A DNA stretch of 61,792 nucleotides, counting the filler, from Sphacelaria rigidula (lineage: Eukaryota), in NCBI GenBank assembly GCA_964200075.2. It is 7 parts of 7 records of this genome, joined end to end, with 100 filler letters (N's around TTAATTAATTAA, not from the genome) between each part and the next. Parts side by side here need not be neighbours in the genome. Positions count along the whole stretch, not along the records: positions 44,213 to 52,952 come from CAXNAA020010222.1; positions 53,053 to 61,792 come from CAXNAA020010223.1; 5 more parts are not named here. One strand, written 5' to 3'. Both the position numbers and the translations under genes were made by a program. Each line of letters opens with the position of its first letter. Positions within the stretch are counted from its first letter, which is position 1. Shown one piece after another: positions 50,860 to 61,792 of the stretch. The notes below the pieces were generated by a model, which did not search any database, was not told the origin of the DNA, and worked only from the letters and a program-made list of their open reading frames with translations.

Positions 50860-53052
50860 GTTTGTGATTTTTGTGCTGCTTCCAACCATTTGTATAACAT
50901 TGGATGAGATAGCCCTTGCGTGCATGAGTGGTATGTATGTACGTGTGATAAAGTGAGACGAACGAGAGTATACTTTCGTGTGTGCAAAATCTTTCTTGTG
51001 GGCCTGTGTGGTTATTTGGTGGCATTTTCATAGGCTTGTGTGCTGTATGTATGTGAACGTAGATGTTTTTCTGAGAATGAAGGAGTGCATTGTCTTGTGC
51101 GGCTATGTACAGGCGTGCTGTAGAAAGTACATATTGTTGGCCTTGTTGCTTATGCCTTCTGGACGATTTTGCGAGATTGGAGCCCACAGAATGCTGTATG
51201 TTGTGCGGCACATGATCGCGTACCTTAATCCAGAGTGTAACCCTTGTTCCTGTTCGCACGGAGCTCCCACGAACGAATGTTTTCTTTTCTGTTGAAGGGA
51301 CAATATATGCTTGGAATTGCCGTACGAGCGCCAACGGTGCTGCAGCTCTCCATTCGCTTTACTCAAATCAAAGCACGTGCACGTCACCCAGCGAGTTTGT
51401 CAATTTTTGGTTTTGGCGTACCTGGAAGCTGCAGCTATACTACAACTAGAAATGATTTTGTCTCGTTACGTATTGTACTGTTCTTGTACCGGTTCTGTAT
51501 ACACGTGAAAAGGGACCGTTGCATAAGAAATTCTGCGGTTTTGCACGAATGCCAAGCAGGCCTTGACAGTCTCTCTCTGGTGGCGTGAGTGTATCGAGCA
51601 CCAGCCACTTCGAGAAAAAAGTATTTGCTGGCGATCGCACGTGTATATGTGTGGGGGGAGGAGGGGTGGGGAGGGAATTGCTGATTCGGACTGTGATTTC
51701 ATGACGCCTGTTTGTTGTCCGCGTTTCTTCTCACATGTGTGCTGTACCAGTTCGACCACCGCGGTACAAAATTTTGCATTTTTCCTTGTGATTTGGCGAT
51801 GATGATGTCGAAGAACCCATCGCAGTCCGTTATTTGTCCGTATCTAAAGTCCGTTCGTTGAGGTGGTACCGATAGTGCATCGCCTGATCGGGTGCGGGGG
51901 AAGGAGAAGGGGAAGGGCCGCAGCGTCGGCTTTGGGGGCGCGGACGTTAGCTACTGTAGCAACATTTATTGGTGAAGCGCCCTGCTGCAGTGCTTTGATA
52001 ATACAGATGCTGCTTTATTGATATCCAGCTGTTGCTTTTTAGGTTCGAATCGAGGCTGACAATATACAACCGTTGTGTTGTACCCACCCTGGGATCCAGC
52101 GCGCACTTCTTCCGCAGTTATTGAGTGCAGTCGAGACGCGTGCGCAAGCGTGGTCTCAGGAGTCTCCCATGACGAGAAAAACCGAGGCATATCGGATGAT
52201 TACACCTGACTGGACGTCAGTTGAGTGTCGGCAGGGTAGCAGGAAAGGGCGTGGGTTCGTTTGTATAGACATGCAGACGCTCACGTACGTGCTTATTTTT
52301 TTTGTTTTATTCATTCGAGTTCACATGATTGATCGAATCGCTGGGCGTCGGTCGACTAGATGCTTGCTGCGCCTCGCGGGAAAAAACATAGTCGCTCAAT
52401 CCCTGCTCCTTGCAGAAAGATCTCCTGTTATCCTGTAATCCTACAAGGAAGAGAAGAAATATTTCATGTTACCCGTCGACCGTCGTCGAGCAGGCAAATA
52501 CCGATGTCGGCTCATTGTTCGTTGGCAGTCATGGGGCTATCTGTATATAATTATGATGAACCTCAATCCGTTCCAGAAGTCTGAGGGAATGGCATCGTCA
52601 ACTTCTCAAGGAAATGGTGGATCGAGAAATCTTTCCAAGTTGAAACCCTCGACAGTATTTGTGCGAATCAATGTTATCACCACTTGGCTCCCCATGCATC
52701 CGCGATTCATGCATTCAGGATTCAAGCGCCGCATCATACACGCCTCTTGGCCAGATACTGCTGCAGTACCTCAAGTTCAAGTTCAAAGTAGGATTTTGGT
52801 AATTTCTTCGAATTTGGCCATTTTCTTAGGTTCCTTCGCTTGCCACCGCTCATCATAGTGAGGATCTGAAGATACTATTATCCGCTTCACATTCCGAGAG
52901 GAAAAATGCATCTGTGAGTCATCCTACGATAGGGGGGGGGGGGATTTGGTTGNNNNNNNNNNNNNNNNNNNNNNNNNNNNNNNNNNNNNNNNNNNNTTAA
53001 TTAATTAANNNNNNNNNNNNNNNNNNNNNNNNNNNNNNNNNNNNNNNNNNNN

Positions 53053-53555
53053 CACTCCGTATCGCCCCCACAACACCAACTTGGGCATTGTGATTTGAGC
53101 ACGGTCTGCTTATTTTGCCAAAACTATCGACTCTAGCATTTTCGAGTGCTCATGGAAAATGTTGTGCGAAAACCCCCCGAAAAGAAGCCATCCACAGAAA
53201 ATGCTAGACTGAGGTCTGCGCAGTATAGGAGGAAAACACGATCTCGATCGTTTTTGTGAAGAATTGTATACGTATTAAATTATCTGAATATTTACCGTTT
53301 CGTTGCGGAAGAGCCAGAAAACGGTTTTTACTGAAGAAAAAACGGTCAATAACACCCTCCTGATAAATGTGGTATCTAGTCCGTATCGCCCCAAAAACAC
53401 CAACTTGGGCACTGCAGTTTGAGCGCGGCCTACGCTTTCCCCCTAAGTCTACCGGCGCTAGCACTTTCAAGTAGTAGTAAAGAATATTACTAGAGAAAAA
53501 CTCAACAGCTACAACAACTACGAATTCTGAAAACTTCTGATGCTGACTACTATAG
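53053..53555. mobile_element. Second (partial) copy of the 24725-25571 TIR element
   Basis: Collinear with about 25075-25570 and ends in ttctgatgctgactactata. Confidence 0.85.
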
Positions 53556-54569
53556 CACGAATCGGCGGAGCCACCCTATGATACCGTATCCAGGTGCATA
53601 AAACGAAGGACTACTGTTATATCTCTTACCTCAGACGAACAGAGGAGCATCATAACACATCTCTTTCTCCCGTACGCAAAACAAACCCGGCAAAATCTGT
53701 ATTTTTTACACACAGGCTCTAGATCGAGTGTGATTTGTTCCGTTGGAAATACATCCACGTGCATACCGTTGAACACATCAGCGAAGCCACCAACCATTAT
53801 CTCCTCCCACGCATACAATCGACAAGCAGAATCAGGACCTTGGCGGTCTACATAGATGGTCTCTTCGCAGCACCCAGCAGTAGCAACCCTGCCCGCTCTA
53901 CATCCGCGAGGGGTCATGTTCGTAGCACAGATCGGCGGTACTCTCTGAAATATTGTCTAGGTACAAGACGATATCAAAGCACCATCTCTCCTTCCCTCAC
54001 ATGTATTCAAAATCGAAAAAAGGTGAAATAGACTTGGGCGATCCACGCATCTTCTCTGAATCCTCTCGGGCGGAGAGTAGTACAACACAAAAAACTCTTC
54101 CAGGGCGACCGTCTGCCTCGCTTTCGCGCGGGAAAAAATTCTGCCCTCGCCAGTTATTTGTATTTTCTACGGCTGAACTCAATCTATCTGGTGTGCAAGC
54201 ACGTACCTCTGCAGGTGGTATAGAAGGACCAAGAAAAAAAAAGAGCGACCGTATCGCCCCCTCTCACAACGTTCTGCCTGGTTTCTGCGGTAAGGTATAT
54301 TTTGCATGCATATATGAACACAACCAGCGCAATACCAGTATCAGAATATCCCGGTTTACGTGATACCTACTTCAGTATAAAACTCTTCACAACAAGCTGT
54401 CAGCAGAACCGGATACACAGGTGGTGAACACGGAGCGTGAAATGGCCGACTGAAAGAACGGCGCTCCGAAGTCGACTTTTTTTTATACTGCGCAAACCAC
54501 GCGTCAACTTCTCCCAATGTATTTTCCATACTATTTTAATATACATACATTACCATACTTGTATTTTAG

Positions 54570-54845
54570 CCTCTCTGCTTCCCTTGTGACGAGTCTGTAG
54601 GCTCAGAGGATCAATCCATCTCTCTCCCGGTGCATACTTGACATGTTGGCATCGCGGATTGGATAATGACTAACACTCCCCCATCAGGCCGGTTATCGCA
54701 GTTTTCGTTCCATACTCATGTTGTGACGTTGCCGACGGCGGAAACTAGGTTCCACCCAAAAATATTATATGCGTAAAAATCCAAACCCGCACTCTTCCAC
54801 CCTATCCGGCGGATGTTGCACCAGTTGGACCAACGGGACGCGGCG
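54570..54845 (-). mobile_element. SINE family B, diverged copy
   Basis: tccatctctctcccggt...tcgcggattggat...actcccc shared with 29850-29910. Confidence 0.6.
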
Positions 54846-55054
54846 GCATTGCATACTCTATACATGCTGTATGCTAGGCCAGGAAGAGCTTCAATACCTA
54901 AAGGGAACTTACCCGTTTCGGCTCATTTGAGGCATGTCCGCCCTTTGTCCCGCATGCGACGTAGCACACACTACATAGTTACAAATCCACGATATACACA
55001 TTTATTATCAAATTTCGTGATCCATCAAACGTTACGCGTTCTCTGAGGGTCGCC

Positions 55055-56113
55055 TCAAGGCACGGATCCTCCCATTATAGCATCGAGACAGCCATCGCCG
55101 CCCATAGGATATCTATTCTCTAGGCCCCACTGCAAGATGTGTAAATGGCCTTGTAGTGCCGCATCGCGCCAAGTCTTCACGTGCAACGGGCACCCATCCT
55201 CGCGTGCGTAGCGTAAAATATCTAGGTGACCTCCGCGTGCCGCTCCCAGGCACGTCATCGCATCCCAGGGACAGCCTTGCCTACGGGCCCAGAGCAGGAC
55301 TTCTAGATGGCCACCCTCGGCAGCTCGAGCGCACGTTGTTTCATCCCAAGGACAGCCTTTTTCTCTCGCCCACTGAAGGATGTGGAGATGTCCTCCTGCA
55401 GCAGCTCCCGCACATGTTTTGGAGGTCCACGGACAATCGTTTTCCCGCGCCCACTGGAGCATGGACAGATTCCCGGCCTCGGCCGACACGCTGCAGGTAT
55501 CCCACCGATGACTGACGTAGTTGCTACTGATGCCCTCAGCAACAGAGTCCACACGTATCGGTACGACCGTATCTCGTGCCCAGGGACACCCGCACGTCCG
55601 CGCCCATTGAAGAACCTTCAGGTGTCGCCCCCTGGCAGCCTCCAAACACGTGTCGTCATCTTTGGGGCAACCTTTTTCTCGTGCCCACATCAACACGTCC
55701 AGGTGACCTCCGCGCGCGGCCTTGCTCCAAGTCTTCAAGTGCCATGGGCACCCGTTGTCCACAGCCCACTGAAGCATGTGTAGATGTCCCCCTTCGGCAG
55801 CGTTGCCACACGTGTCGGCGGACCAAGCGCAACCGACTCGACGAGCACACTGGAGAGCCATGAGGTTGCCGGCGCGCGCGGCGGCTTCACAGACTCGGGC
55901 ACTTGTCCTCATACCACAGCCAAAGCTGTAGAGGAGTTGCGACACCGAGGTATCTGCCCTGACCATGGCAGTGGCGGGATGCTGGTGTTGTCGGCGCCAC
56001 GCAGTCTGCCAGCTTTTGCAAACCGGTGCGAAGAACAGGTACTGGTTCTCGCCCACAAAAGCCACCAAGTTGCACAGAGGGTCCACGTTAGTGAGGAAAT
56101 AGTGTAGCTCCAT
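55055..56113 (-). CDS. Intronless ankyrin-repeat protein with an F-box-like N-terminus
   Basis: MELHYFLTNVDPLCNLVAFVG...FFAPVCKSWQ followed by about 9 repeats of AAxGGHLxxLQWARExGCPWD. Confidence 0.85.
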   Translation of the reverse strand: MELHYFLTNVDPLCNLVAFVGENQYLFFAPVCKSWQTAWRRQHQHPATAMVRADTSVSQLLYSFGCGMRTSARVCEAAARAGNLMALQCARRVGCAWSADTCGNAAEGGHLHMLQWAVDNGCPWHLKTWSKAARGGHLDVLMWAREKGCPKDDDTCLEAARGRHLKVLQWARTCGCPWARDTVVPIRVDSVAEGISSNYVSHRWDTCSVSAEAGNLSMLQWARENDCPWTSKTCAGAAAGGHLHILQWAREKGCPWDETTCARAAEGGHLEVLLWARRQGCPWDAMTCLGAARGGHLDILRYAREDGCPLHVKTWRDAALQGHLHILQWGLENRYPMGGDGCLDAIMGGSVP

Positions 56114-59100
56114 GGCTAAATATAGCTCTCGTGAACAGCGTATATATCTCACCCTGTGGGTGCCACCCTGTGCGTGCGTGTACGAAAGCATAGGTAGCGG
56201 GGTTGGGAAGGATATCATTTGTTTCAAGTTCTATGTCGATTTCCGGCATACCAAGGCGCATGTGCTTTCTCTCTGCGAACAGACTACTTGTGCGTGCTGT
56301 AGTGGGCGCTGGAACGAAGGCAATCGCTGCCCTCCCATGCTGTCACTCATGTACACAAACTCTTCAGAATCGGTGGGCATTGCCAGTGGTGGTCTGTATT
56401 GGGGATCCTTCGAGCCTTCAGGATAACCGGTATTCATCCCTCATCCCCTTCTTGCAAAGCTACATTGCAAACGTCCACTGCGACGCCGACCTCCAGACGC
56501 AGTTGAAATGAATACGCTTCTCGGCGCAGTTCGATTTGAGTCTAAAATTTTGAAAGCAGAGTCATATTTACAGCGCAACCACATGTAGGTTTCACAGGGA
56601 CAAAGGAAATGATAGCAAAAGCGGCTTTTTTCTCACATGTCTCAATTTGAACATTGAATGTTTGCTGCAAGAGCAAGAGTTGCTCCGAGGGTCTGCAACA
56701 AACGCGTGGACATCAAGAGTGGACTGAACTGAGCGTTGCTGCTGGGGTCGGAACGGCTGACATGGGTGTTCCGTACGGTGGGGTCACATCAACCCGTTAC
56801 ATCAAATGAGTAGAGGTGGTGCTTGCCATCAAACAAGACGGGGATCAACCGGGCTTCAGGCAGGCGAGAGACATGGGTATGCCACCCACAAGCTGCTTCG
56901 CCATTTTGAAGCTGGTAGTCCGTGCTGGAGATTTTATCGAGCCACATAATTCTCGAGGAGAAGCCGACGCCTACCCGTTCCCCGGTATTGCAGGGACAGT
57001 GACAGTTGCAACCTTAGCACCTTCCTTTGAAACTGCGAATTCCCCCGTCATTCCGACGCGAGCAATGATCTCCGGCAAAATCAAATTGCCGTGAATGTTG
57101 GAAGTTGAAACTATAAGGGTGGTGCTAAACTAAGGGTGAAGATGTACCTCGATCAATCAGCGATCTCCAAATTATTCTGAAATTTAATGCACGACTTTGT
57201 GACCCCATTTTTACCCACTCTCTACATGCTTCAAATCGCAGTAACCGCCATCAGCTCGGGAATTTAGCGGAAAAAACACCAAACAGTGCGGTATTTCAGT
57301 GATACGGGCTTTGGGCTTGTCGGATCTCCGCTGATGATATACATCAAAGACCCACACGGCCTGCGGACGGTTTCCCTTACATATGGTGTTGAAAAGCCCA
57401 GATCGCCCTGAAACTTGGCAGTTCGGTGTGTATAGGTGCTTCGAACGAAAATGAGACCTTGCTACTAATATTTTTTTCAAGTTTCTCCGCTCTCTACCGG
57501 CTTCCGGGGGTTCAGGCGTGGAGACCCCCGGGAGCCGGTACAAAATGCGTCAGAGCAATAATTAAAAAAAGTGATTGTCCCGGAGTACTCCAACGACCAT
57601 TTGCACGGAGGTTTCGTTTGCGAAACTCGACAGACCAAGAAACAGTTGCACGAACATTTCGTTGCGAAACGCGATAAACTGATGCAACGGGATAAACTCG
57701 ATAGACTGACGCGATGGGATCGTTTCACGTCGGAAAATGTGTTCCGTATTGAAATCGATTGGTCAGGAGGTTATACCGAGTTCGGAACACTTCAGCACAC
57801 TCATCCGCAAACCTCCAACCGGTTTTTGGAGTTAGACTTGAAGATTTGCGTACACGTGCTTCAGGTCATAAATACATTTTGAAGGGCGTTTGTGTTTTTC
57901 AAATTTCGCCTGGTATCGGGGGTTTCAGAATCCCCCAAAGCTCCCAAACCCTGCGACCCCGATAATCGGCGAAAACAATGAGATAGAGCCCCACCGTGAA
58001 AAGTTTCCGAAACGATCTAAAGTACACGTGTGCAAACTTGCAAAGCCTTACTAAAAACACCGGCTTGAGGTTTTGCGGATGAAAACGCTTGACCCTGAGC
58101 CGGCCTGTTAGACTCTTTGTCTTGCAGTTTACGTTGTTCAATTTCCCCTTGTCATTGTAGAAGTAAGTGCAGTACGCACACATGTATATGTCGATCACTG
58201 TGAGTGCGACGACAGATACCATCATGCACTCCCTCTTGTGTTCTCCCTCTCCAACCCAAGAGCTTGAGGTGGTGAGGGAAGCCACCCAGTGGGGGGCATG
58301 ACTTGCATTGAACCCGTCGACAAGGAAAGCGAAACGGTGTTGGGAATGATTCTTCCTTCAAGCTTGTTTATGTTGCTAGTTAACCTTCTGCTGTGCGACC
58401 TTGACTGCTACTCGTATATAATCAGCCCCTAGTGGGCAACCACCACGAGCGTCATTATCAACACGAACGCGTCGCATCGGGACATGTCGCTGCCACCAAA
58501 GAACTCGATACGTGCTTATAATACAGCGGCGCGACGAAGGCTATTCACTTCGGTAGAGGGAAGGGATAATTGTGATACAAGGGGGGTGGTTGGGGGAGCC
58601 AAGAAGATACATCGAGACCCCTCCGATAATTGTTTTCAATGGCAGGTCGAGGACGCGTCCCATGAGCTCCACGAATTCCCCACGAGTTTGCCACTATGAA
58701 CAATATTTGGACAATAGTTGGGTTGGGGAAGGATCGTCCGATATAATAAGTTGGCTCACCTCCCACCAATAGGGATGAAGATTACAAATTCAAATATTTC
58801 GATGGGTTTGGACGAATTGTCAATGGCGCAGCGTTTCTTATAGATCGCAGGCCGTTGTTGCGATATTTGTCCCCCCTGCCAAGCTTTCCCCCGGGGGGGG
58901 CAGAGTCTCCGGCGGGCGCCCGTCTCCGGTCCCCAAACGCCCCCGGGACTAGGCATGAACAGTCCTTTATCCACACGCAACAAACCCATCGCGGAGCCGT
59001 CTTCCACAGAGGTCGGAGTCGGGTCTTTTGTCGCTTGTACTGTCAGCGATGACGAGCCACCTCCGGTGTCGCCATCATCACCATCACAACCCAACGGCAA

Positions 59101-59387
59101 TGCGTTATAGCGTCGTCGTTTCCCCTTGTCCTCGGAGCCGACAGTGACGGTGGTGACCTCGCCGCCGACAGCCTCATTTTCGGAATCCAACATCACTCCC
59201 CTATTGCGTGAACGGCGACGCTATCGCAATGCTGTTGGATTGTGAGGGTGAGGATGTCGGCGACACCGTAGGTGAGCCTGTCATCATCGATAGTTCTAGC
59301 AGCAGAAGGGCCTACTCTGACCTCTGCAGAAAACGGCACCGCAGTAGCTTTGTCGCGTGTGGATAAAGGGATATGAGTACGTAGTCT

Positions 59388-59685
59388 CGCCGCGCCCCGG
59401 TGGTGTAAATTTAAATGGTCAGATTGTCACCATTAGGGTGAAGAGATCGTGGGTTTGATTCCCGATGCGTTGGCTTTTTTAGTCGAAAGTATCTGATTTC
59501 CAACCCCGAAAGCGTAATTACGTGAGTGAACAGAAAGTAGTTGACTACGCTTGTATGGCGAGAGTTAACGTGGTACGGGAGTGCTGACCTAAGCCGCGTG
59601 ACTAAAATTCAAGATGTGTACCAGGGAGAGATGGACTGATCCCATGAGACCACGCACTCGTCCCGAGGAAAGGGGAGGTTCTCGA
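59388..59685 (+). mobile_element. SINE family B
   Basis: cgcgccccggtggtgtaa...atggtcagattgtcaccattagggtg...gggtttgattcccgatgcgttggctttttt. Confidence 0.75.
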
Positions 59686-61714
59686 AGTGTAACAAAGAAG
59701 TCTCGGGCGCGTTGGACAAGTGAATTTTTCTGCGGCGTCTTCACCTTGCGCACTTTTGGAGTGGTCCTATGATAGGCGGAGGTGTTTGGTTGCAAGGAGT
59801 GTCGCTCAATGGTGTGTCTGACGACCTTACATACCCATGGTGAAAGCAACGCTGCGGTAGGGGTTGACTTTTTTGCGCATAGTCTTGTCTAGTTCAGGGG
59901 CTCCTAACAATTCTAGATGCACAAGAATATGGGTCAGGGCATCCCCGTTTGCACATCAATTCGGCATATCCCTAGAACATTGGAATAGTATTTCTGGCGT
60001 ACTCTCACATACTATTTCATGAGCCGTGTCTTGGATGAGATAAAGAGCTCCCAACAATTCGAGCCCCCGAAAATATTTGTGCACCCCTACCGTAGCATAA
60101 GACACAGGCTTGTTTTCAGATGAAAACGGTGTCAAGCATGTTCAGTACTATGTGCGTTCGGACCAAAGTTTCTCCTTCCAACGAAGATTTCAAGTGTCAT
60201 TTCCGCGCAAGAAACGACCCAATACCTAGTCTCCATCCCGTAGGATTAGGCGCCATCCGTGGTAAAGAGATCTTGGCGATTCCCACGTAAAAAAATGAAA
60301 AAATGAAAAACCGGTTTTCTTGTCTCGCTTGATAAGACCCAAAGCTGTCGTTTTACGTCTTGCAAAAAAACAAAGTTGGTTCAGGTGGGTCCGAACCTCG
60401 CCCAAACCTTGGTTTTCGCCGCATTCCCGAACTTTTGTTTTTTTACACCTCGGGAATCGCTTCCGCTTGGTCGACTTAGGGGGGTACAGCCACTCAGAAA
60501 GTAGCTCGGCCACAATCTCCGTTGGGCAGAGGCTCAAACATAAGTGAGACTCCACCTGGGCTGGCGGTAGCCAGCGCTGCAAATGGGCAGACGCCCGTGG
60601 TATTAAAGCCTTGTGGGTGCAACCGGGAAGTGGCGATTGGCACGACGACACGCGTCATCTTGCACAAATGGAGACAGTTGGCGAGCGAAACTTTCAAACT
60701 TTTCGTCCTGGAGGAAGAAAGAGCTCTTCTTCGCTGCCAACTACTGGAATTGGGGTGGTTCATTGTGGTGCTGTGCTCTTATTGCTTCTGTGCTTAGCCG
60801 TACGTACACTCTCTCCGTGAGCAAGGGCCGAGACCTAGGGCGGTTGGGGGAAAGCGTACTATATGCACCTTGTTCAGATGACTTCACAAGATTTTTCGAA
60901 ACGGTAGTTGATTTCCCCGGTGTGGTTGATTCTGGTGACGTGCCCATAACTCGACACAAACAGCGAGTTAAAAAAACCTGATCGTGGATTCGTTCTCTGC
61001 ACCCCAGAAATACGCCGACCTGAATTTTTCAGCTCAATCGGACGACATTTTTAACCAGGGGAAATTTCGTGGGTATCCCCGCCCCCAGCGTTTTCGCAAA
61101 TTCCCTTACCAAAGAAGATAGATGTGCTTGAAACCCGGCAATAGTCGTCAGTTTTGTTCTCGCCAGCACCTCATTCTCATAACCCAACAGGGCTGTCATA
61201 AAAAATTCAGACCTCAGCCGGGGATGTTTGGTCTCCGTCCCCTCCTTTCCCAAAAACCGTGGTCGTTCACCGCGGATGGCGCCATTAGCAAATGCTGGAA
61301 GGTAGGAATCGTCTCACACGTCTCCAGCACACGACGAGCCAATTGATCGGTTGCCGCTGTTGTTGACTGCGGTAAGAGTAGTCAATTCGTGTTATGTTTG
61401 TCAGCATGCGTTCCTGGCGTGGTGGAGTGAGTTGGAAACACGCAGGAGGGGTCATTCGGCACTCGCATATATATGTAAACGGCGAGAGGGAAGGCGGTGC
61501 CAATTTACAAACAGGGGTACGTCGTGCTTTTTTCCGATCTCATGAGCAGTATGCATCATATGTGCTGTCTACATCCGGCGCGTACGGAGAGAAGGTCGGC
61601 CTTCACCGCAGTTACTTGATGCACAGTGTGTGATGCCGTCTTCCTCTTGAGTGTAGGCAGCAAGAAGTCGACTGACAACCTCCTCGTGAGTGTGTGTGTG
61701 GGGTGTGCGTGTGT

Positions 61715-61792
61715 GTGGGGTGTACTCATGATCATGCATGCCATAGTCATAACCCCATTGACCTCGCATCCCTACAAAGCCGGGACGGAGCA
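61715..61792 (-). repeat. Short dispersed repeat (GGGATGCGAGGTCAATGG...GATCATGAGTAC); copies at about 1-60, 8945-9000, 26286-26345, 31436-31470, 36588-36662, 42594-42640
   Basis: The same motif recurs in six of the seven contigs, often followed by poly-C. Confidence 0.75.

Noticed and set aside
52780-53555. One transposon continuing across the spacer
   Set aside because: Both sides match the same repeat family, but the contigs are size-ordered, so true continuity is unsupported.
1-61792. Apparent cluster of metal, sulfur, phosphate and B12 genes (PAP, FTR1-CesA, ATPS-PPase, NrdJ)
   Set aside because: Each gene is on a separate size-sorted contig joined by artificial spacers, so adjacency is meaningless.

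Overview
Eukaryotic, intron-rich, repeat-rich DNA whose gene content and SINE/MITE landscape point to a stramenopile, probably a brown alga (inference). The window is not one locus. It is seven contigs of 8744, 8743, 8742, 8742, 8741, 8740 and 8740 bp in decreasing size order, joined by 100-nt N spacers carrying TTAATTAATTAA, so nothing can be inferred from neighbourhood across spacers. Hand-spliced gene fragments by contig: (1) one purple acid phosphatase exon; (2) a 13-exon, phase-consistent minus-strand ORF in which an FTR1-type iron-permease domain (REGME motif), split by a roughly 390-aa disordered insert, runs in frame into a cellulose-synthase-like GT2 domain, the standout observation; (3) the 3' part of an ATP sulfurylase-inorganic pyrophosphatase fusion; (4) a plastid-targeting first exon and a Gag-like ORF with an N-terminal PAM2-like motif and Q/P-rich repeats; (5) a low-complexity unknown gene; (6) the C-terminal exons of a B12-dependent class II ribonucleotide reductase; (7) an intronless F-box-like/ankyrin gene. 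The rest is two tRNA-derived SINE families, several MITE/foldback families, LINE fragments and microsatellites. All family assignments come from motif recognition by eye, not from database searches.
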